A stretch of DNA of 64,000 bases from Candidatus Altimarinota bacterium (GCA_965250085.1 OZ252287.1:736001-800000), one strand, 5' to 3'. Counted from the stretch's first letter, positions 29,663 through 40,774 are shown. The notes: a model not told the origin generated them from the letters alone. Made by a program: numbers and translations.

Positions 29663-30067
29663 CTACTTATTACTATCGCCCTGTACCTGAAAAATACGAG
29701 CTACTGCAAGTGCCGCGTTCCCCGGATCAAGCACGGTCATTACGGGAACATTGGAGGGCATCTGGAGTGATGAGTGTACATTGACCAGCATATCAGTCTC
29801 ATCCTTAAAAGGGGGACAAGCAATGACCGGATGCCCAGTGCTTCCGGCACAAAACCCTGAAAGTGCATTCGATTTGCCAGCAATTGTTATATACACCACA
29901 TTATTTTTTTCATTTTTTTTGAGAATCTCCATTACTTTTTCTGGAGTTTTGTGTGCTGATGCTACATGGGTTTCAAAATCCAGAAAAAGTTCTGCCAGCT
30001 TTCCTTCTATTTTCGCAGCAAAGTCTTTATCAGTTTCCGAGCCAAGAATCAAAATAGCTTTTTTCAT
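29663..30067 (-). CDS. purE: N5-CAIR mutase / AIR carboxylase family
   Basis: ILGSETD, VASAHKTP, IAGKS, PVIACP, SSLQMPS.VPV. Confidence 0.9.
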   Translation of the reverse strand: MKKAILILGSETDKDFAAKIEGKLAELFLDFETHVASAHKTPEKVMEILKKNEKNNVVYITIAGKSNALSGFCAGSTGHPVIACPPFKDETDMLVNVHSSLQMPSNVPVMTVLDPGNAALAVARIFQVQGDSNK

Positions 30068-30448
30068 ATGAAAGAGAGTCTAAAAAAATTAAGAATTCTT
30101 TGTGTGTATTGTGCCGAAAAAACAGAAAAAGAGAAAGGGGTGAGAAAGTGGCTTTACAAGGTTTTTTTTTCATTTACAGTACAATTTTTTTGTAAGAAAG
30201 ATCTTCATTTTCGGCTTTTTTCCTACTCTTTCTCCATTCTAGAATACATTTATTGTACAACAATGCTTGACAAAAGTCTATTTTTTTATTATGTTTCGAC
30301 ACTCTAAATTTAATTTTTTTTCTTTCTGGTAAGAAAGATCACCAAAGTTGTTCTGAGATAAAAAATTAAGCAAAAATTAAGCTTAAGCCCTCAGAGACAC
30401 TCTTATTTTCCTCTTCGAAAATATTTTTAATTTTTATCCCTCACTATC

Positions 30449-33400
30449 ATGAAGTCTTTATTTCAGAAAATTCTCAGCACTTTTGCCTCGTGCGCCGTGC
30501 TCGCCAATACATTTTTGTTTGCACTTTTACTTCCTGCGGCTCCGGTTGCATATGCGGCGGCTCCTCCGAGTGTACCAGAATGTAATGGTCTCACTGCTAC
30601 AATTTATGTGGACAGTGGAACAATAATTGGTGGACCCGATAATGGAGATTCATATGCTGGTACTTTGAACGGTACCGCTGATGATGATGTCATGGTGGGA
30701 TCAAACGGTGAGGACGCCATTAATGGTCTTGGCGGAAATGACACCATCTGTGGAGGAATTCAGGATGATATTATTCATGGTGGAGAAGGAGATGACTGGA
30801 TTGAAGGTGGTAATGGGAAAGACGATCTTTTTGGAGACGAGGGAAATGACACCATGTTTGGAGCAAATGGTGGTGACGATATGACCGGTGGACCGGGTAT
30901 TGACTTTTGTGATCAGGGAAATGGTCCGGGAGTTGATTGTGAAGCGGATATCACAGAAGGCGTAATCGTAATCGTAAAAGACGCTTCGCCAGACGATGCA
31001 CAGGATTTTGGCTTTACCGGTACCAATGGTATTGGCGGCTTTTCTCTGGATGATGATGCCGATGGAACACTTTCCAATACAGAGACCCTCAATTTGGCTC
31101 CCGGGGTGTATGCTGTCTCAGAAGATTCTCCTCTGCCTGCCGGATGGGTGGTTACGAGTTTGAACTGTACAGCAAGTCCTGACACCGGTCAGGTCAGCAC
31201 GACTTCAGATACCGTTACGGTGAATTCTCTCTCTGCAGGAGATGCTATTACCTGTACCTTTACCAATACGTTGAGCCTGAATGAATGTGAAGACGGAGTG
31301 GATAATGATAATGATAACCTTATTGACTTCCCGGCTGATCCGGGATGTAGCTCTCCAACTGATGATGATGAATCCGACGGAACATCCGAATGTCAGGATG
31401 GAATAGATAATGCCGATCAGGATGGTCTAGCGGATGCTGCTGATCCGGGATGCTGGACTGATCCGAATGATTCTCAAACATACGATCCAACTGATAATGA
31501 TGAGTCCGATGGCACTACTCAGTGTCAGGATACATTTGATAATGACCAGGATAGCGTTTCTGATGCTGCCGATCCGGGATGCTGGACTGATCCGAATGAT
31601 TCTCAAACATATGATCCAACTGATAATGATGAGTCTGACGGGACGACTGAATGTCAGGACACCATTGATAACTCAGACCAAGATGGCGTAGCTGATGCGA
31701 ATGACCCTGGATGTTATGATAATCAAAATGTCTATCAGCCTACTGATAATGATGAATCTGATGCTACTACTGAGTGTCAGGATGGAATAGATAATGCAGA
31801 TCAAGATGGCGTAGCAGATGCTGCTGATCCGGGATGTTGGACAGATCCAGACGATTCACAAACATATGATCCTACCGATGATGACGAATCCGATGGCACT
31901 ACTCAGTGTCAGGATACGAATGATAATGACCAGGATGGTGTCAGTGACTACCCAGCTGATCCAGGGTGTTCTTCTGCTCAAGATAATGATGAGTCCGATG
32001 GCACTACTCAGTGTCAGGATGGTTTAGATAATGATCAAGATAGTGTCTCTGATGCTGCTGATCCGGGATGCTGGACTGATCCGAATGATTCTCAAACATA
32101 CGATCCAACTGATAATGATGAGTCCGATGGCACTACTCAGTGTCAGGATGGTTTAGATAATGATCAAGATAGTGTCTCTGATGCTGCTGATCCGGGATGC
32201 TGGACTGACCCGAATGATTCTCAAACATATGACCCAACTGATAACAATGAATCTGACGGGACGACTGAATGTCAGGATGGAATAGATAATGCAGATCAGG
32301 ACGGAGTAGCGGATGCTGCTGATCCGGGGTGCTATGATAACCAAAATGTCTATCAGCCAACCGACAATGATGAATCTGATGGGACGACCGAATGTCAGGA
32401 CACGAATGATAATGATCAGGATGGCGTCAGTGACTATCCGGCTGATCCGGGATGTTCTTCTCCGCAGGATGATGATGAATCCGACGGAACTACTGAATGT
32501 CAGGACGGTATCGATAATGCAGATCAGGACGGAGTAGCAGATGCTGCTGATCCGGGGTGCTATGATAACCAAAATGTCTATCAGCCAACCGACAATGATG
32601 AATCTGATGGGACGACACAGTGTCAGGATGGTGGTGATAATGACCAAGATAATCTCACTGATTATCCAGCCGATCCAGGATGTTCTTCACCTCAAGATGA
32701 CAATGAATCTGATGGGACTACTGAATGTCAGGACGGTATTGATAACAGTGATCAAGATGGTGTAGCAGACGATGCTGACCCCGGATGCTGGACTGATCCA
32801 CAAGATCCTCAAACATATGATCCTACTGATGATGATGAGTCTGATGGAACTACTCAGTGTCAGGATACTGGTGATAATGATCAAGATGGCGTCAGTGACT
32901 ATCCGGCAGATCCAGGATGTTCCTCTCCGCAAGACAATGATGAGTCTGATGGGACTACTCAGTGCCAGGATGGGGATGATAATGATCAGGATAACCTTAC
33001 TGACTATCCAGATGATCCAGGATGTGACTCTCCGCAAGACAATGATGAGTCTGATGGGACTTCTCAGTGCCAAGACGGACTTGATAATGATCAAGACAGT
33101 GTCTCTGATGCCGATGATCCCGGTTGTTGGACTGATCCACAAGACCCTCAAACATATGACCCTACCGATGATGATGAGTCTGATGGAACCACTCAGTGTC
33201 AGGATACCTTTGATAATGATCAAGACAGTGTTTCAGATGCCGATGATCCCGGTTGTTGGACTGATCCACAAGACTCTCAAACATATGACCCTCTTGATAA
33301 TGATGAATCTGATGGAACTACTCAGTGTCAGGACACACAAGACAATGACAATGATCAGGTAGCAGATGCCGATGATCCCGGTTGTTGGACTGATCCACAA

Positions 33401-35392
33401 GACTCTCAAACATATGACCCTCTTGATAATGATGAATCTGATGGAACTACTCAGTGTCAGGATGGTGAAGACAATGATGATGATGGACTGACCGACTATC
33501 CAGATGATCCAGGATGTGATTCTCCAGGCGACGATGATGAACAAAGTGGAGACATGGATTTTGGTGATGCTCCAGATGATGCCTACAGAACCCTTATGAG
33601 TAGCAATGGTGCAAAACACAGAATCGTTCCTGGATTTTACTTAGGAGCCAGTGTTGACCCCGAAGCCGATGGACAGCCAAGTGTAGGTGCAACAGGAGAT
33701 GATGCAGCGCACACCGATGATGAAGACGGAGTTGTGTTTAATGATCCTCTTATTCCCGGAGCAACTGTTTCTGTAGATGTGACGGCTTCCTCAAGTGGAT
33801 ATCTGGATGCATGGATGGACTTTAACTCTGATGGAGATTGGAATGATGAAGGGGAAAAAATATTCTCAAGCGAGGCTCTTGCGGGAGGAGTGAATAATCT
33901 GGAATTTACTATTCCTTTTTACGCATCTCTTGGTGACACGTATTCTCGTTTCCGATTCAGCTCATCAGGAGGACTGGCTTCATACAATCCAGTATTCACT
34001 GCTGCTATACAAATCGTAATACCAATAGACGAAGCTCCTGCTCCAGACGGAGAAGTGGAAGACTATATGGTGACCATTGTAGAAGACGATGGAGCACTTA
34101 TTATTACCAAAAGCGCTGATCCGAGTAGTCTTGTCACCGGACAGATAACCACCTACAAAGTCGTGGTTCAAAACACCCTTGCTACAAAAGAAAGCTTCGT
34201 TCTTTCTGATGTGCTCGAAGCCGGAACGAACGGAGGAACACTCACTCCTGATGGAGGAAGTGTCTCTACTACGTTCATCCCAGGCGGCTCTGGATCACTT
34301 TCCGGAAGCTATCCGACATTCTTTGTGGGTCTGGATCCGGAAGGAAGTGTCGAAATCACCTACGAGGCAACTGCCAGTAATGTGAATATTCCCTTCAATC
34401 AGAGTTCCAACTTTAAAAACACCGTAACTCTCTTTCCAGGAAAAGGAGGAGATGGCGACACTGCATATATTTCTGGTGATGGTGATGGAGACTATCCGAT
34501 GGCAATGACCACCGTAGTCGTCAGGGGTCCTGTCAAAAGCACTGGTGGTGGAGGTGGTGGAGGTGGCTCTACTGTATGCCGAGATGACAAAAGACCTGTC
34601 TTCTCAGACATCTCTCCAGCAAAACAAGCAGTTCTCAACGATTTAAACCAGGTTTCATTTGTGGCTAGTTCCAATACCGACGTTGGCAGTGCGTATATCA
34701 AAGTAAATACCGTACTGGTGGCGCACAATGTAGAAACGCTCGGTGACGGAAGTTATAGAATAACCGCTGATGTTTCTGGCATGAATCTCTCAGGGCAAGT
34801 ATTTATTGAGCTCTATGCTCTGTCTGAACCAAGATGCCAAAGAAATGCTGTGTACTATATGACAGTTGACCCAGATGCAGAAGAAGATAGCGAAGGTGTT
34901 CCTTTTCAAGAAGGACCAGGTGGGCTTCTCTTTTCAGATGATGAGGAGAACTGCTGGAGTGCAAACTTTGATTTAACAAGAGGCTGCGTCGCGGAAATGA
35001 TACTGGATAAATTTGGGGCGGACTATAGTGACCAAAGGGTTAAAAATTGCTATCCCGATGTCTCGACAGACCACCCTCGCAATCAGCCTATCTGTATGGC
35101 GAAAGAGTTGGATATTATGTGGGGATATGGAGATGGACTCTTCCGACCAGATAGAATTGTAACCAAGGCAGAAGCTGTAAAATCTCTCTACAAAGCCACT
35201 GATAGACGCTATGTTGCCGGATTACCTCTGGTGTGTGGAGACCTCATGACAGGTGCGTGGTATATTCCTTCGCAAAAGACTGGTATCTTTGACGGAGTCG
35301 TGATTCCTTCTGACCGAGAGATGTGCTACCCTGGTAAGATTCTTAGTCGTGGAGAATTCCTTGATCTGATAAATCTTTTCTTCGGAAGCTAA
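30449..35392 (+). CDS. giant secreted surface protein: RTX-like repeats, 19 Cys/Asp repeats, GEVED, DUF11-like and SLH domains
   Basis: Signal peptide; GGxGxD repeats; DFGDAP..GEVEDY; GYGDGLFRPD..VTKAE. Confidence 0.85.
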   Translation: MKSLFQKILSTFASCAVLANTFLFALLLPAAPVAYAAAPPSVPECNGLTATIYVDSGTIIGGPDNGDSYAGTLNGTADDDVMVGSNGEDAINGLGGNDTICGGIQDDIIHGGEGDDWIEGGNGKDDLFGDEGNDTMFGANGGDDMTGGPGIDFCDQGNGPGVDCEADITEGVIVIVKDASPDDAQDFGFTGTNGIGGFSLDDDADGTLSNTETLNLAPGVYAVSEDSPLPAGWVVTSLNCTASPDTGQVSTTSDTVTVNSLSAGDAITCTFTNTLSLNECEDGVDNDNDNLIDFPADPGCSSPTDDDESDGTSECQDGIDNADQDGLADAADPGCWTDPNDSQTYDPTDNDESDGTTQCQDTFDNDQDSVSDAADPGCWTDPNDSQTYDPTDNDESDGTTECQDTIDNSDQDGVADANDPGCYDNQNVYQPTDNDESDATTECQDGIDNADQDGVADAADPGCWTDPDDSQTYDPTDDDESDGTTQCQDTNDNDQDGVSDYPADPGCSSAQDNDESDGTTQCQDGLDNDQDSVSDAADPGCWTDPNDSQTYDPTDNDESDGTTQCQDGLDNDQDSVSDAADPGCWTDPNDSQTYDPTDNNESDGTTECQDGIDNADQDGVADAADPGCYDNQNVYQPTDNDESDGTTECQDTNDNDQDGVSDYPADPGCSSPQDDDESDGTTECQDGIDNADQDGVADAADPGCYDNQNVYQPTDNDESDGTTQCQDGGDNDQDNLTDYPADPGCSSPQDDNESDGTTECQDGIDNSDQDGVADDADPGCWTDPQDPQTYDPTDDDESDGTTQCQDTGDNDQDGVSDYPADPGCSSPQDNDESDGTTQCQDGDDNDQDNLTDYPDDPGCDSPQDNDESDGTSQCQDGLDNDQDSVSDADDPGCWTDPQDPQTYDPTDDDESDGTTQCQDTFDNDQDSVSDADDPGCWTDPQDSQTYDPLDNDESDGTTQCQDTQDNDNDQVADADDPGCWTDPQDSQTYDPLDNDESDGTTQCQDGEDNDDDGLTDYPDDPGCDSPGDDDEQSGDMDFGDAPDDAYRTLMSSNGAKHRIVPGFYLGASVDPEADGQPSVGATGDDAAHTDDEDGVVFNDPLIPGATVSVDVTASSSGYLDAWMDFNSDGDWNDEGEKIFSSEALAGGVNNLEFTIPFYASLGDTYSRFRFSSSGGLASYNPVFTAAIQIVIPIDEAPAPDGEVEDYMVTIVEDDGALIITKSADPSSLVTGQITTYKVVVQNTLATKESFVLSDVLEAGTNGGTLTPDGGSVSTTFIPGGSGSLSGSYPTFFVGLDPEGSVEITYEATASNVNIPFNQSSNFKNTVTLFPGKGGDGDTAYISGDGDGDYPMAMTTVVVRGPVKSTGGGGGGGGSTVCRDDKRPVFSDISPAKQAVLNDLNQVSFVASSNTDVGSAYIKVNTVLVAHNVETLGDGSYRITADVSGMNLSGQVFIELYALSEPRCQRNAVYYMTVDPDAEEDSEGVPFQEGPGGLLFSDDEENCWSANFDLTRGCVAEMILDKFGADYSDQRVKNCYPDVSTDHPRNQPICMAKELDIMWGYGDGLFRPDRIVTKAEAVKSLYKATDRRYVAGLPLVCGDLMTGAWYIPSQKTGIFDGVVIPSDREMCYPGKILSRGEFLDLINLFFGS
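31280..33545 (+). repeat. 19 intragenic tandem repeats CQDxxDN(x)DQDxxxDxxDPGC-loop-D(N/D)DESDGTT
   Basis: Counted in the translation; some neighbouring units nearly identical in DNA. Confidence 0.9.
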
Positions 35393-35412
35393 GGAAAAAT
35401 AAACATCGGAAG

Positions 35413-35449
35413 CAAGAAGTCCTCTTGGAGATCCCAAGGGGGCTTTTTT
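35413..35449 (+). terminator. intrinsic terminator
   Basis: aagtcctcttgg agat cccaagggggctttttt. Confidence 0.7.
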
Positions 35450-35503
35450 GAATTGTTTTACCGCTTAAAAAAGAGTATAATGGACTGATATAATCATCTT
35501 GAA

Positions 35504-37255
35504 ATGAATACAAATACAAAATACACCCTTTGGGGAATCTGTGGTATATTCGCCACTTTTTTACTTCTGTTGGCACTTCCTGCATCCTTTGAGTGGAGCT
35601 CAGAAGAGCAAGAGGTCTTCTCTGCAGAAGACCGGAGTGCTCTTGAAGAATTAAATGAGCAGTTCGAAGTTACGAAAATCATCTCTCTCTCTCAAAACAG
35701 ACTTATTGGGGCCTCAAAAGAACTCCCCCTATATGCAAATGTTTTAACAGGGCTCAAAAAAGATGATGCTATTTCTCAAACAGAAATCCTTCTGCAGGCT
35801 ACAAATGGAGAGATTATGCTTTTGGAAAGTACCGCAAAAAATAAACAGGAGCAGATGATTGCTGCTTATTCAAATCTCCCCAGCATTACTGTTGCAGAAG
35901 AAAATATGAATGGATCTCTTTTTGCTTTTGACCAGCGAAAAGATGCCTCTAGTGAAAGCTTGCATTCTCCAGTGAGTTCGCCAACTTCTGAATCTCCAAT
36001 AGTTATTGCCGTCATTGATAGTGGAATTGATACAACGCATCCTGCCTTTTCTTCAGCCATGTGGAAAAACTCTCATGAATATAGTGGTTCTAGCAGTACA
36101 GATGATGACAGAAATAGTTTTGTAGATGATCGTCATGGTTGGAATTTTGCCGGAAATAATACCAATATCAGTGACGAAATAGGTCATGGAACCCACATTG
36201 CCGGTATTATTGCCGGTCAAAAAACACATCTGTCGCATGCACAAGGTGTGGCGTCTGATAGTGCAGATCTTATGATTCTCAAAATTACAGATAGGACAGG
36301 AATCCTCAAGCTTTCAAGTGTGATTAGCGCATTGAGTTACGCGCATGGGAAAAATGCAGACATCGTCAACATGAGTCTCGGATTCCCTCAGGAATCCGCG
36401 ATTTTAAAAGGAGTTCTTCAAAAAATGAACTCCGATGGCATTGTGCTCATAGCGGCTGCTGGAAATAGTACCAGTAGCACCAAGCAGTATCCTGCAGGAT
36501 ATCCCGAAACATTAGCAGTAGGAGCGTCAAATGTGTCTGGAGGAGGCTTGTGGAAAACATCAAATTTTGGAGACTGGGTAGACGTCTTTGCTCCTGCAAA
36601 ACTTGAAAGTGCTTTGCCAGGAGGAAAATATGGAAGCAAGAGTGGCACATCCCAAGCTGCCGCTTTTGTAACAGGATTTTATGCATATTATAAAAATCAG
36701 TTTCCTGAAAAAACACCTGAAGAAACAAGGAGAGCTCTTACCAAATATATGAATCAATTTTATAAAGGGTATGCAAGTTCTGACCTCCCTTCTCTTGCAC
36801 AGAACTCATGGATACATGAGTCCATAAATATGCTCAAAAATAATTCACTTCCAACGCTGGCAGACACCCTTCGTCTGAATCTTTCGAAACGAGTTACTTT
36901 TGAAGAAACTCAGGCTTTTCTTATCGAATTTTTTGGAAAACAAGCCCCTCTCCAAAAAATACTAGAAACGAAAGAGATCGTCTCTGCTCCTGACAGCATT
37001 GCTCCTCATGAGCTCTTGAGTAAAAAATACACAGCATCGCTCTTTGGTGAAAAAGAGAGCAGTTCCTCATCATCAAGTCTTACTCCCACTCGACTTGTAA
37101 AATCATATGAAGCTATTGCTCTGATGAGACGAGTCCAAACAGACGTTGGAGGATATGAGTCTCTTAAGTCATTCCCCCTTCGCACTGGCGTAGATCATCT
37201 GAAGTATATTTCGAGACAAGAGTTCCTGGAGCTTGCATTCCAAATCTTGGAATAG
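35504..37255 (+). CDS. S8 family (subtilisin-like) serine peptidase, exported
   Basis: AVIDSG, HGTHIAG, AAAGN, SGTSQAA. Confidence 0.93.
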   Translation: MNTNTKYTLWGICGIFATFLLLLALPASFEWSSEEQEVFSAEDRSALEELNEQFEVTKIISLSQNRLIGASKELPLYANVLTGLKKDDAISQTEILLQATNGEIMLLESTAKNKQEQMIAAYSNLPSITVAEENMNGSLFAFDQRKDASSESLHSPVSSPTSESPIVIAVIDSGIDTTHPAFSSAMWKNSHEYSGSSSTDDDRNSFVDDRHGWNFAGNNTNISDEIGHGTHIAGIIAGQKTHLSHAQGVASDSADLMILKITDRTGILKLSSVISALSYAHGKNADIVNMSLGFPQESAILKGVLQKMNSDGIVLIAAAGNSTSSTKQYPAGYPETLAVGASNVSGGGLWKTSNFGDWVDVFAPAKLESALPGGKYGSKSGTSQAAAFVTGFYAYYKNQFPEKTPEETRRALTKYMNQFYKGYASSDLPSLAQNSWIHESINMLKNNSLPTLADTLRLNLSKRVTFEETQAFLIEFFGKQAPLQKILETKEIVSAPDSIAPHELLSKKYTASLFGEKESSSSSSSLTPTRLVKSYEAIALMRRVQTDVGGYESLKSFPLRTGVDHLKYISRQEFLELAFQILE

Positions 37256-37326
37256 CATTTCTAATAATATTCAGGATATCCCGTTTGTTCGCGTGATTGA
37301 CCTTGTCTGTAGTGCACTGAGTACGG

Positions 37327-38010
37327 CTAGCAGCTACTACATTTTATGATAGGTCGGTGTGGCTTGTGTATAAACATGGCGAGAAGAAATCCACTGATAA
37401 GAAAAATAATTCCTTCTGTAGAAACAGGAATATATTCCGTGAGATGTTCTCCAGCAAAAAATGCCAACATCCACACGAAAGCGATGATTCCTATGCTTAT
37501 TCCTTTGGCTCTGGTCGTTGTGAAGTAGTTTGAAAGAATAATGGTAATCAGAATATCCACAAGAAAATGAGCTGCAAAAGCAATGAATCCCAGAATATTA
37601 ATTACTTCCCCAGAAAAAGCATTTTGAAAGAGTATGTTCCTCACTCCTGCTTCTGGAAAAAAATGAAGGCAAAAAGCAGCACTTGCTAAAATATGCGGAG
37701 TGCTCAGTTCTGTGTGACAATGCTCATGTGTACATGGAACCCATTTTTTGAGTATAGGAAGACTCCAGAGCCAAGCAAAGAGCAGCAGAAAAGCTATTCC
37801 ACTTAAAAATTCAATGCTCAAAACAAATTCTAAGATGTCAGAAACGCTCCAACTCAATTCTGTCAAACTTTCTTGGTGATCTTGATGACCATGTCCTGTT
37901 TTCCAAAGCACCATAAATCCATGTCCCGTGAGATGAATAACCAAAAAAACGAAAGCTGGAAGTGCGATTATTTCCAAATAGTACCGAAGAGTGGGAAGTG
38001 ATGTACGCAT
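37327..38010 (-). CDS. His-rich membrane protein, possibly ZIP-like metal transporter
   Basis: GHGHQDH, CTHEHCH, LHFFPE (HxxPE) and multiple TMs. Confidence 0.45.
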   Translation of the reverse strand: MRTSLPTLRYYLEIIALPAFVFLVIHLTGHGFMVLWKTGHGHQDHQESLTELSWSVSDILEFVLSIEFLSGIAFLLLFAWLWSLPILKKWVPCTHEHCHTELSTPHILASAAFCLHFFPEAGVRNILFQNAFSGEVINILGFIAFAAHFLVDILITIILSNYFTTTRAKGISIGIIAFVWMLAFFAGEHLTEYIPVSTEGIIFLISGFLLAMFIHKPHRPIIKCSSC

Positions 38011-38086
38011 AGTATGTGAGAAGAAAAAAACTTTCTTCAGTATGGATTTTACTATGATTTGCAACGAACGAGTAAAGCAAATTAAC

Positions 38087-38161
38087 TGGAGCCACCTTCG
38101 AGATTTGAACTCGAGACCCCTCCCTTACCATGGGAGTGCTCTACCACTGAGCTAAGGTGGC
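38087..38161 (-). tRNA. tRNA-Thr (GGT)
   Basis: Reverse complement GCCACCTTAGCTCAGTGGTAGAGC..CTCCC ATGGTAA GGGAG..GTTCAAATC..AGGTGGCTCCA. Confidence 0.95.
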
Positions 38162-38358
38162 GCGGATAGTTTGTAGAGTCCAAAGCTATACAGTTAAACC
38201 TCCGAACATTTTGCCGAGCAATTGTAAGTTTTTCACTATAAATTGTAAATTTATTTTCTAACTTTATCCTTGCTCTTGAGATAAGATTTACATATAATTC
38301 CTGCCGCTTTCTAGTCACTTTTGACTTTCTACTTTATACACTTTACAAACTCAGTTCC

Positions 38359-38538
38359 ATGGCTGTTCCAAAGAAAAAAACGGCACGATCGCGATCAAAG
38401 GTGCGATACCAAGCATATGTTCAAAAACAACAAAAAAAAATGTTCGACTTTATTGAAAAAGCAAAGAGAAACGAACGCGGCGCCAAAAAAGCGAAAACTG
38501 TATCTTCTTCTCAAGAGGTAACAAAAATTGAGGCTTAG
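38359..38538 (+). CDS. rpmF: 50S ribosomal protein L32 (59 aa, no Zn-binding Cys; missing from ORF track)
   Basis: Hand translation MAVPKKKTARSRSKVRYQAY...TKIEA*; rpmF-nusB-rnc order. Confidence 0.9.
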   Translation: MAVPKKKTARSRSKVRYQAYVQKQQKKMFDFIEKAKRNERGAKKAKTVSSSQEVTKIEA

Positions 38539-38611
38539 TTGTCGTGGAGGTCTCTATAGAGACGATGATATACTTGCGCGCGCTGAGAGCAAGATCTTTA
38601 CCATAGGAACA

Positions 38612-39049
38612 ATGGCAAAATACAGACGTATTTCCCGGAAAACAGCCCTTCAAACACTTACGGCTCTTTTATTAAGAGGCGAAGAAGACTCACAAACAAC
38701 ACAAGAGGTATTTGAATACATAAAGCAAGAGTTTTCCCCAGAACTCGGAGATCAATATGAGTTTGCTCTCTCTTTGGTTATGGGCGTTGTCCAACACAGA
38801 CTTGAGCTGGATGATCTTATTACTGAGAGAGCTCCAGAATGGCCCTTAGAAAAACTTTCTCCTGTTGAAAGAGTTATTCTTGAACTTGGATCATATGAAC
38901 TCCTCTTTGAAAAAGAGACTCCCCTTGCTGTTATTATTAACGAATGGGTAGACTTAGCAAAAGAATTTGGAGATGAAACAGCGGGGAAATTTACAAATGG
39001 GGTGCTGTCAGCCATTGGGAATGACGCCAGGCCTCAGGAAAAAAAATAA
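38612..39049 (+). CDS. nusB: transcription antitermination factor NusB
   Basis: RRISRKTALQ, WPLEKL..VERVIL, INEWVDLAKEFG..FTNGVL. Confidence 0.95.
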   Translation: MAKYRRISRKTALQTLTALLLRGEEDSQTTQEVFEYIKQEFSPELGDQYEFALSLVMGVVQHRLELDDLITERAPEWPLEKLSPVERVILELGSYELLFEKETPLAVIINEWVDLAKEFGDETAGKFTNGVLSAIGNDARPQEKK

Positions 39050-39057
39050 TTGTACTT

Positions 39058-39774
39058 ATGAAACAAAAGCTCGAATCATTGCTTGGCCTCTCTCTTCAAA
39101 ATATATCTCTGTATGAACAGGCTTTTACTCATAAATCATTTTTGAATGAAAACGCCAATGCGCGCTCCAATGAACGCCTTGAGTTTTTGGGCGATGCAGT
39201 ACTAGAACTGGCAATCACTAAGTTTTTGTACCAAGAATACCCAGAAAAACCTGAGGGAGAACTTACGAGCTATCGGAGCGCATTGGTGCAGGGAAAGCAT
39301 CTTGCTGAGGTTGCAAAGGATCTGCAACTCGGAGAATTTCTTACACTTTCACGAGGAGAAGAAAAATCAGGAGGAAGAGAAAAAAACTATATTCTCGCCA
39401 ATACATTTGAAGCTGTCTTGGGAGCTATCTATCTTGACCTTGGTTTTCAAATTGCCGAAAATTTTATTCTTTCATACGTTGCTCCACGCCTTACAGACTT
39501 GGTAGAGCAGGGGCTTCATAAAGATGCAAAATCTCAATTCCAAGAATATACTCAAGAAACAATGGGGATAACTCCTCACTATGACCTTATCACAGCAAAA
39601 GGGCCAGACCACGAAAAAGAATTCATCATGGCCGCATTTTTAGAAGAGAAGCAAGTGGCTCAAGGTTCCGGATCAAGCAAGCAGAAGGCGGAGCTTGAAG
39701 CTGCAAAAAATGCTCTTAAAAAATATGAAAACGAGATTTCATCATGTGAAAATCAAAACAAGCCGAAATGTTAA
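39058..39774 (+). CDS. rnc: ribonuclease III
   Basis: NERLEFLGDAVL and dsRBD. Confidence 0.97.
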   Translation: MKQKLESLLGLSLQNISLYEQAFTHKSFLNENANARSNERLEFLGDAVLELAITKFLYQEYPEKPEGELTSYRSALVQGKHLAEVAKDLQLGEFLTLSRGEEKSGGREKNYILANTFEAVLGAIYLDLGFQIAENFILSYVAPRLTDLVEQGLHKDAKSQFQEYTQETMGITPHYDLITAKGPDHEKEFIMAAFLEEKQVAQGSGSSKQKAELEAAKNALKKYENEISSCENQNKPKC

Positions 39775-40686
39775 AATAATTGTAAGAACGATCGCAATGA
39801 TAAAGAGAAAGAAAAATATTTCTTTCAAAAGAGAAAATGTTGGCAGAGATCCCTCTTTGAGTTGATATCGTTCTCTTACAGTACAGAGGAAAAAACGTAT
39901 GGTCGCATTAAATATCCGACCTGCTCGTACAGGATTCCGAAGAAGCCGATATACCCATTCCAGACCCGATGTTTGCATCCATTGAGGTGCTCTTTTCTGT
40001 CTTCCAGTAAGAAAATCAAAGGCCCCTCCTACTCCCATTGCAAACCGAATGTTTGGCATTGCGCTAATATTACGCGCAATCCAAAGTTCTTGCTTTGGTG
40101 ATCCAAGTGCAACAAAAAGAGCTACTGCTCCAGAGTCATTTACTTTCTGTACAAGATTGCTATCAAATTCTTGTTCCACAAAATTGTCATAAAAACCAAC
40201 AACATTTGAAAATTGATTCGCAATTTCTTCAGCGGCTCCCTCTTTGCCTCCTAGGAGAAATACCTTTGATTGTGAAGTCGCAAGAAATTGTCCAAAAATA
40301 TCAACTCCAGTAACACGACGTTTTATTTCCCTCGTATAGTTTTTACGATCAAATGCAAATCGAAAGAGAGAGAGAATTCCGAGAATAAAATTTTCAAATG
40401 TGAGTTTCTTTTTCAGAGAGGTTTCAATACCTACTTTGTCTAAAGAAAGAAATCCAGACGCCCATAAAATGCCTGTGCCATCTGCCAAAGAGAGATTAGA
40501 TTTTCTTAGAATGGATAAAAATTTGGCATTATGAAGTGATTGAACTATCATTTCAGGATTTGGGGTAGTACAAATATACTGCTCTCCTTGTGGCAGCTGT
40601 GAATAATAATGAAGTTTGAGCAATGCTTGGGAAGGGCTCACCGTGTCAAATGGAACGCCGAGTACAAAAATACGTCTGGTTTCCAA
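39742..40686 (-). CDS. WecB/TagA/CpsF glycosyltransferase
   Basis: TPNPE, ADGTG, RVTGVD, LGSPKQE, GVGGAFD, GLEW. Confidence 0.93.
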   Translation of the reverse strand: METRRIFVLGVPFDTVSPSQALLKLHYYSQLPQGEQYICTTPNPEMIVQSLHNAKFLSILRKSNLSLADGTGILWASGFLSLDKVGIETSLKKKLTFENFILGILSLFRFAFDRKNYTREIKRRVTGVDIFGQFLATSQSKVFLLGGKEGAAEEIANQFSNVVGFYDNFVEQEFDSNLVQKVNDSGAVALFVALGSPKQELWIARNISAMPNIRFAMGVGGAFDFLTGRQKRAPQWMQTSGLEWVYRLLRNPVRAGRIFNATIRFFLCTVRERYQLKEGSLPTFSLLKEIFFFLFIIAIVLTIILTFRLVLIFT

Positions 40687-40774
40687 TGGAATTCAGAAAA
40701 ACAGGAATAGTATACGAAATTTTCTTATTCTTTTCTCTGGAAAAAGCTTGAAAATATTTTTAAATCTTAATCTT

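Noticed and set aside
31280-33545. CRISPR array
   Set aside because: The repeats are in-frame coding units with synonymous variation; there are no unique spacers or cas genes.
32133-33619. Long alternative-frame ORFs rich in Ile/Met
   Set aside because: By-products of GAT/AAT-rich repeats of the surface protein.
38321-38521. 66-aa ORF from the track
   Set aside because: Overlaps the real rpmF in another frame (38359-38538).
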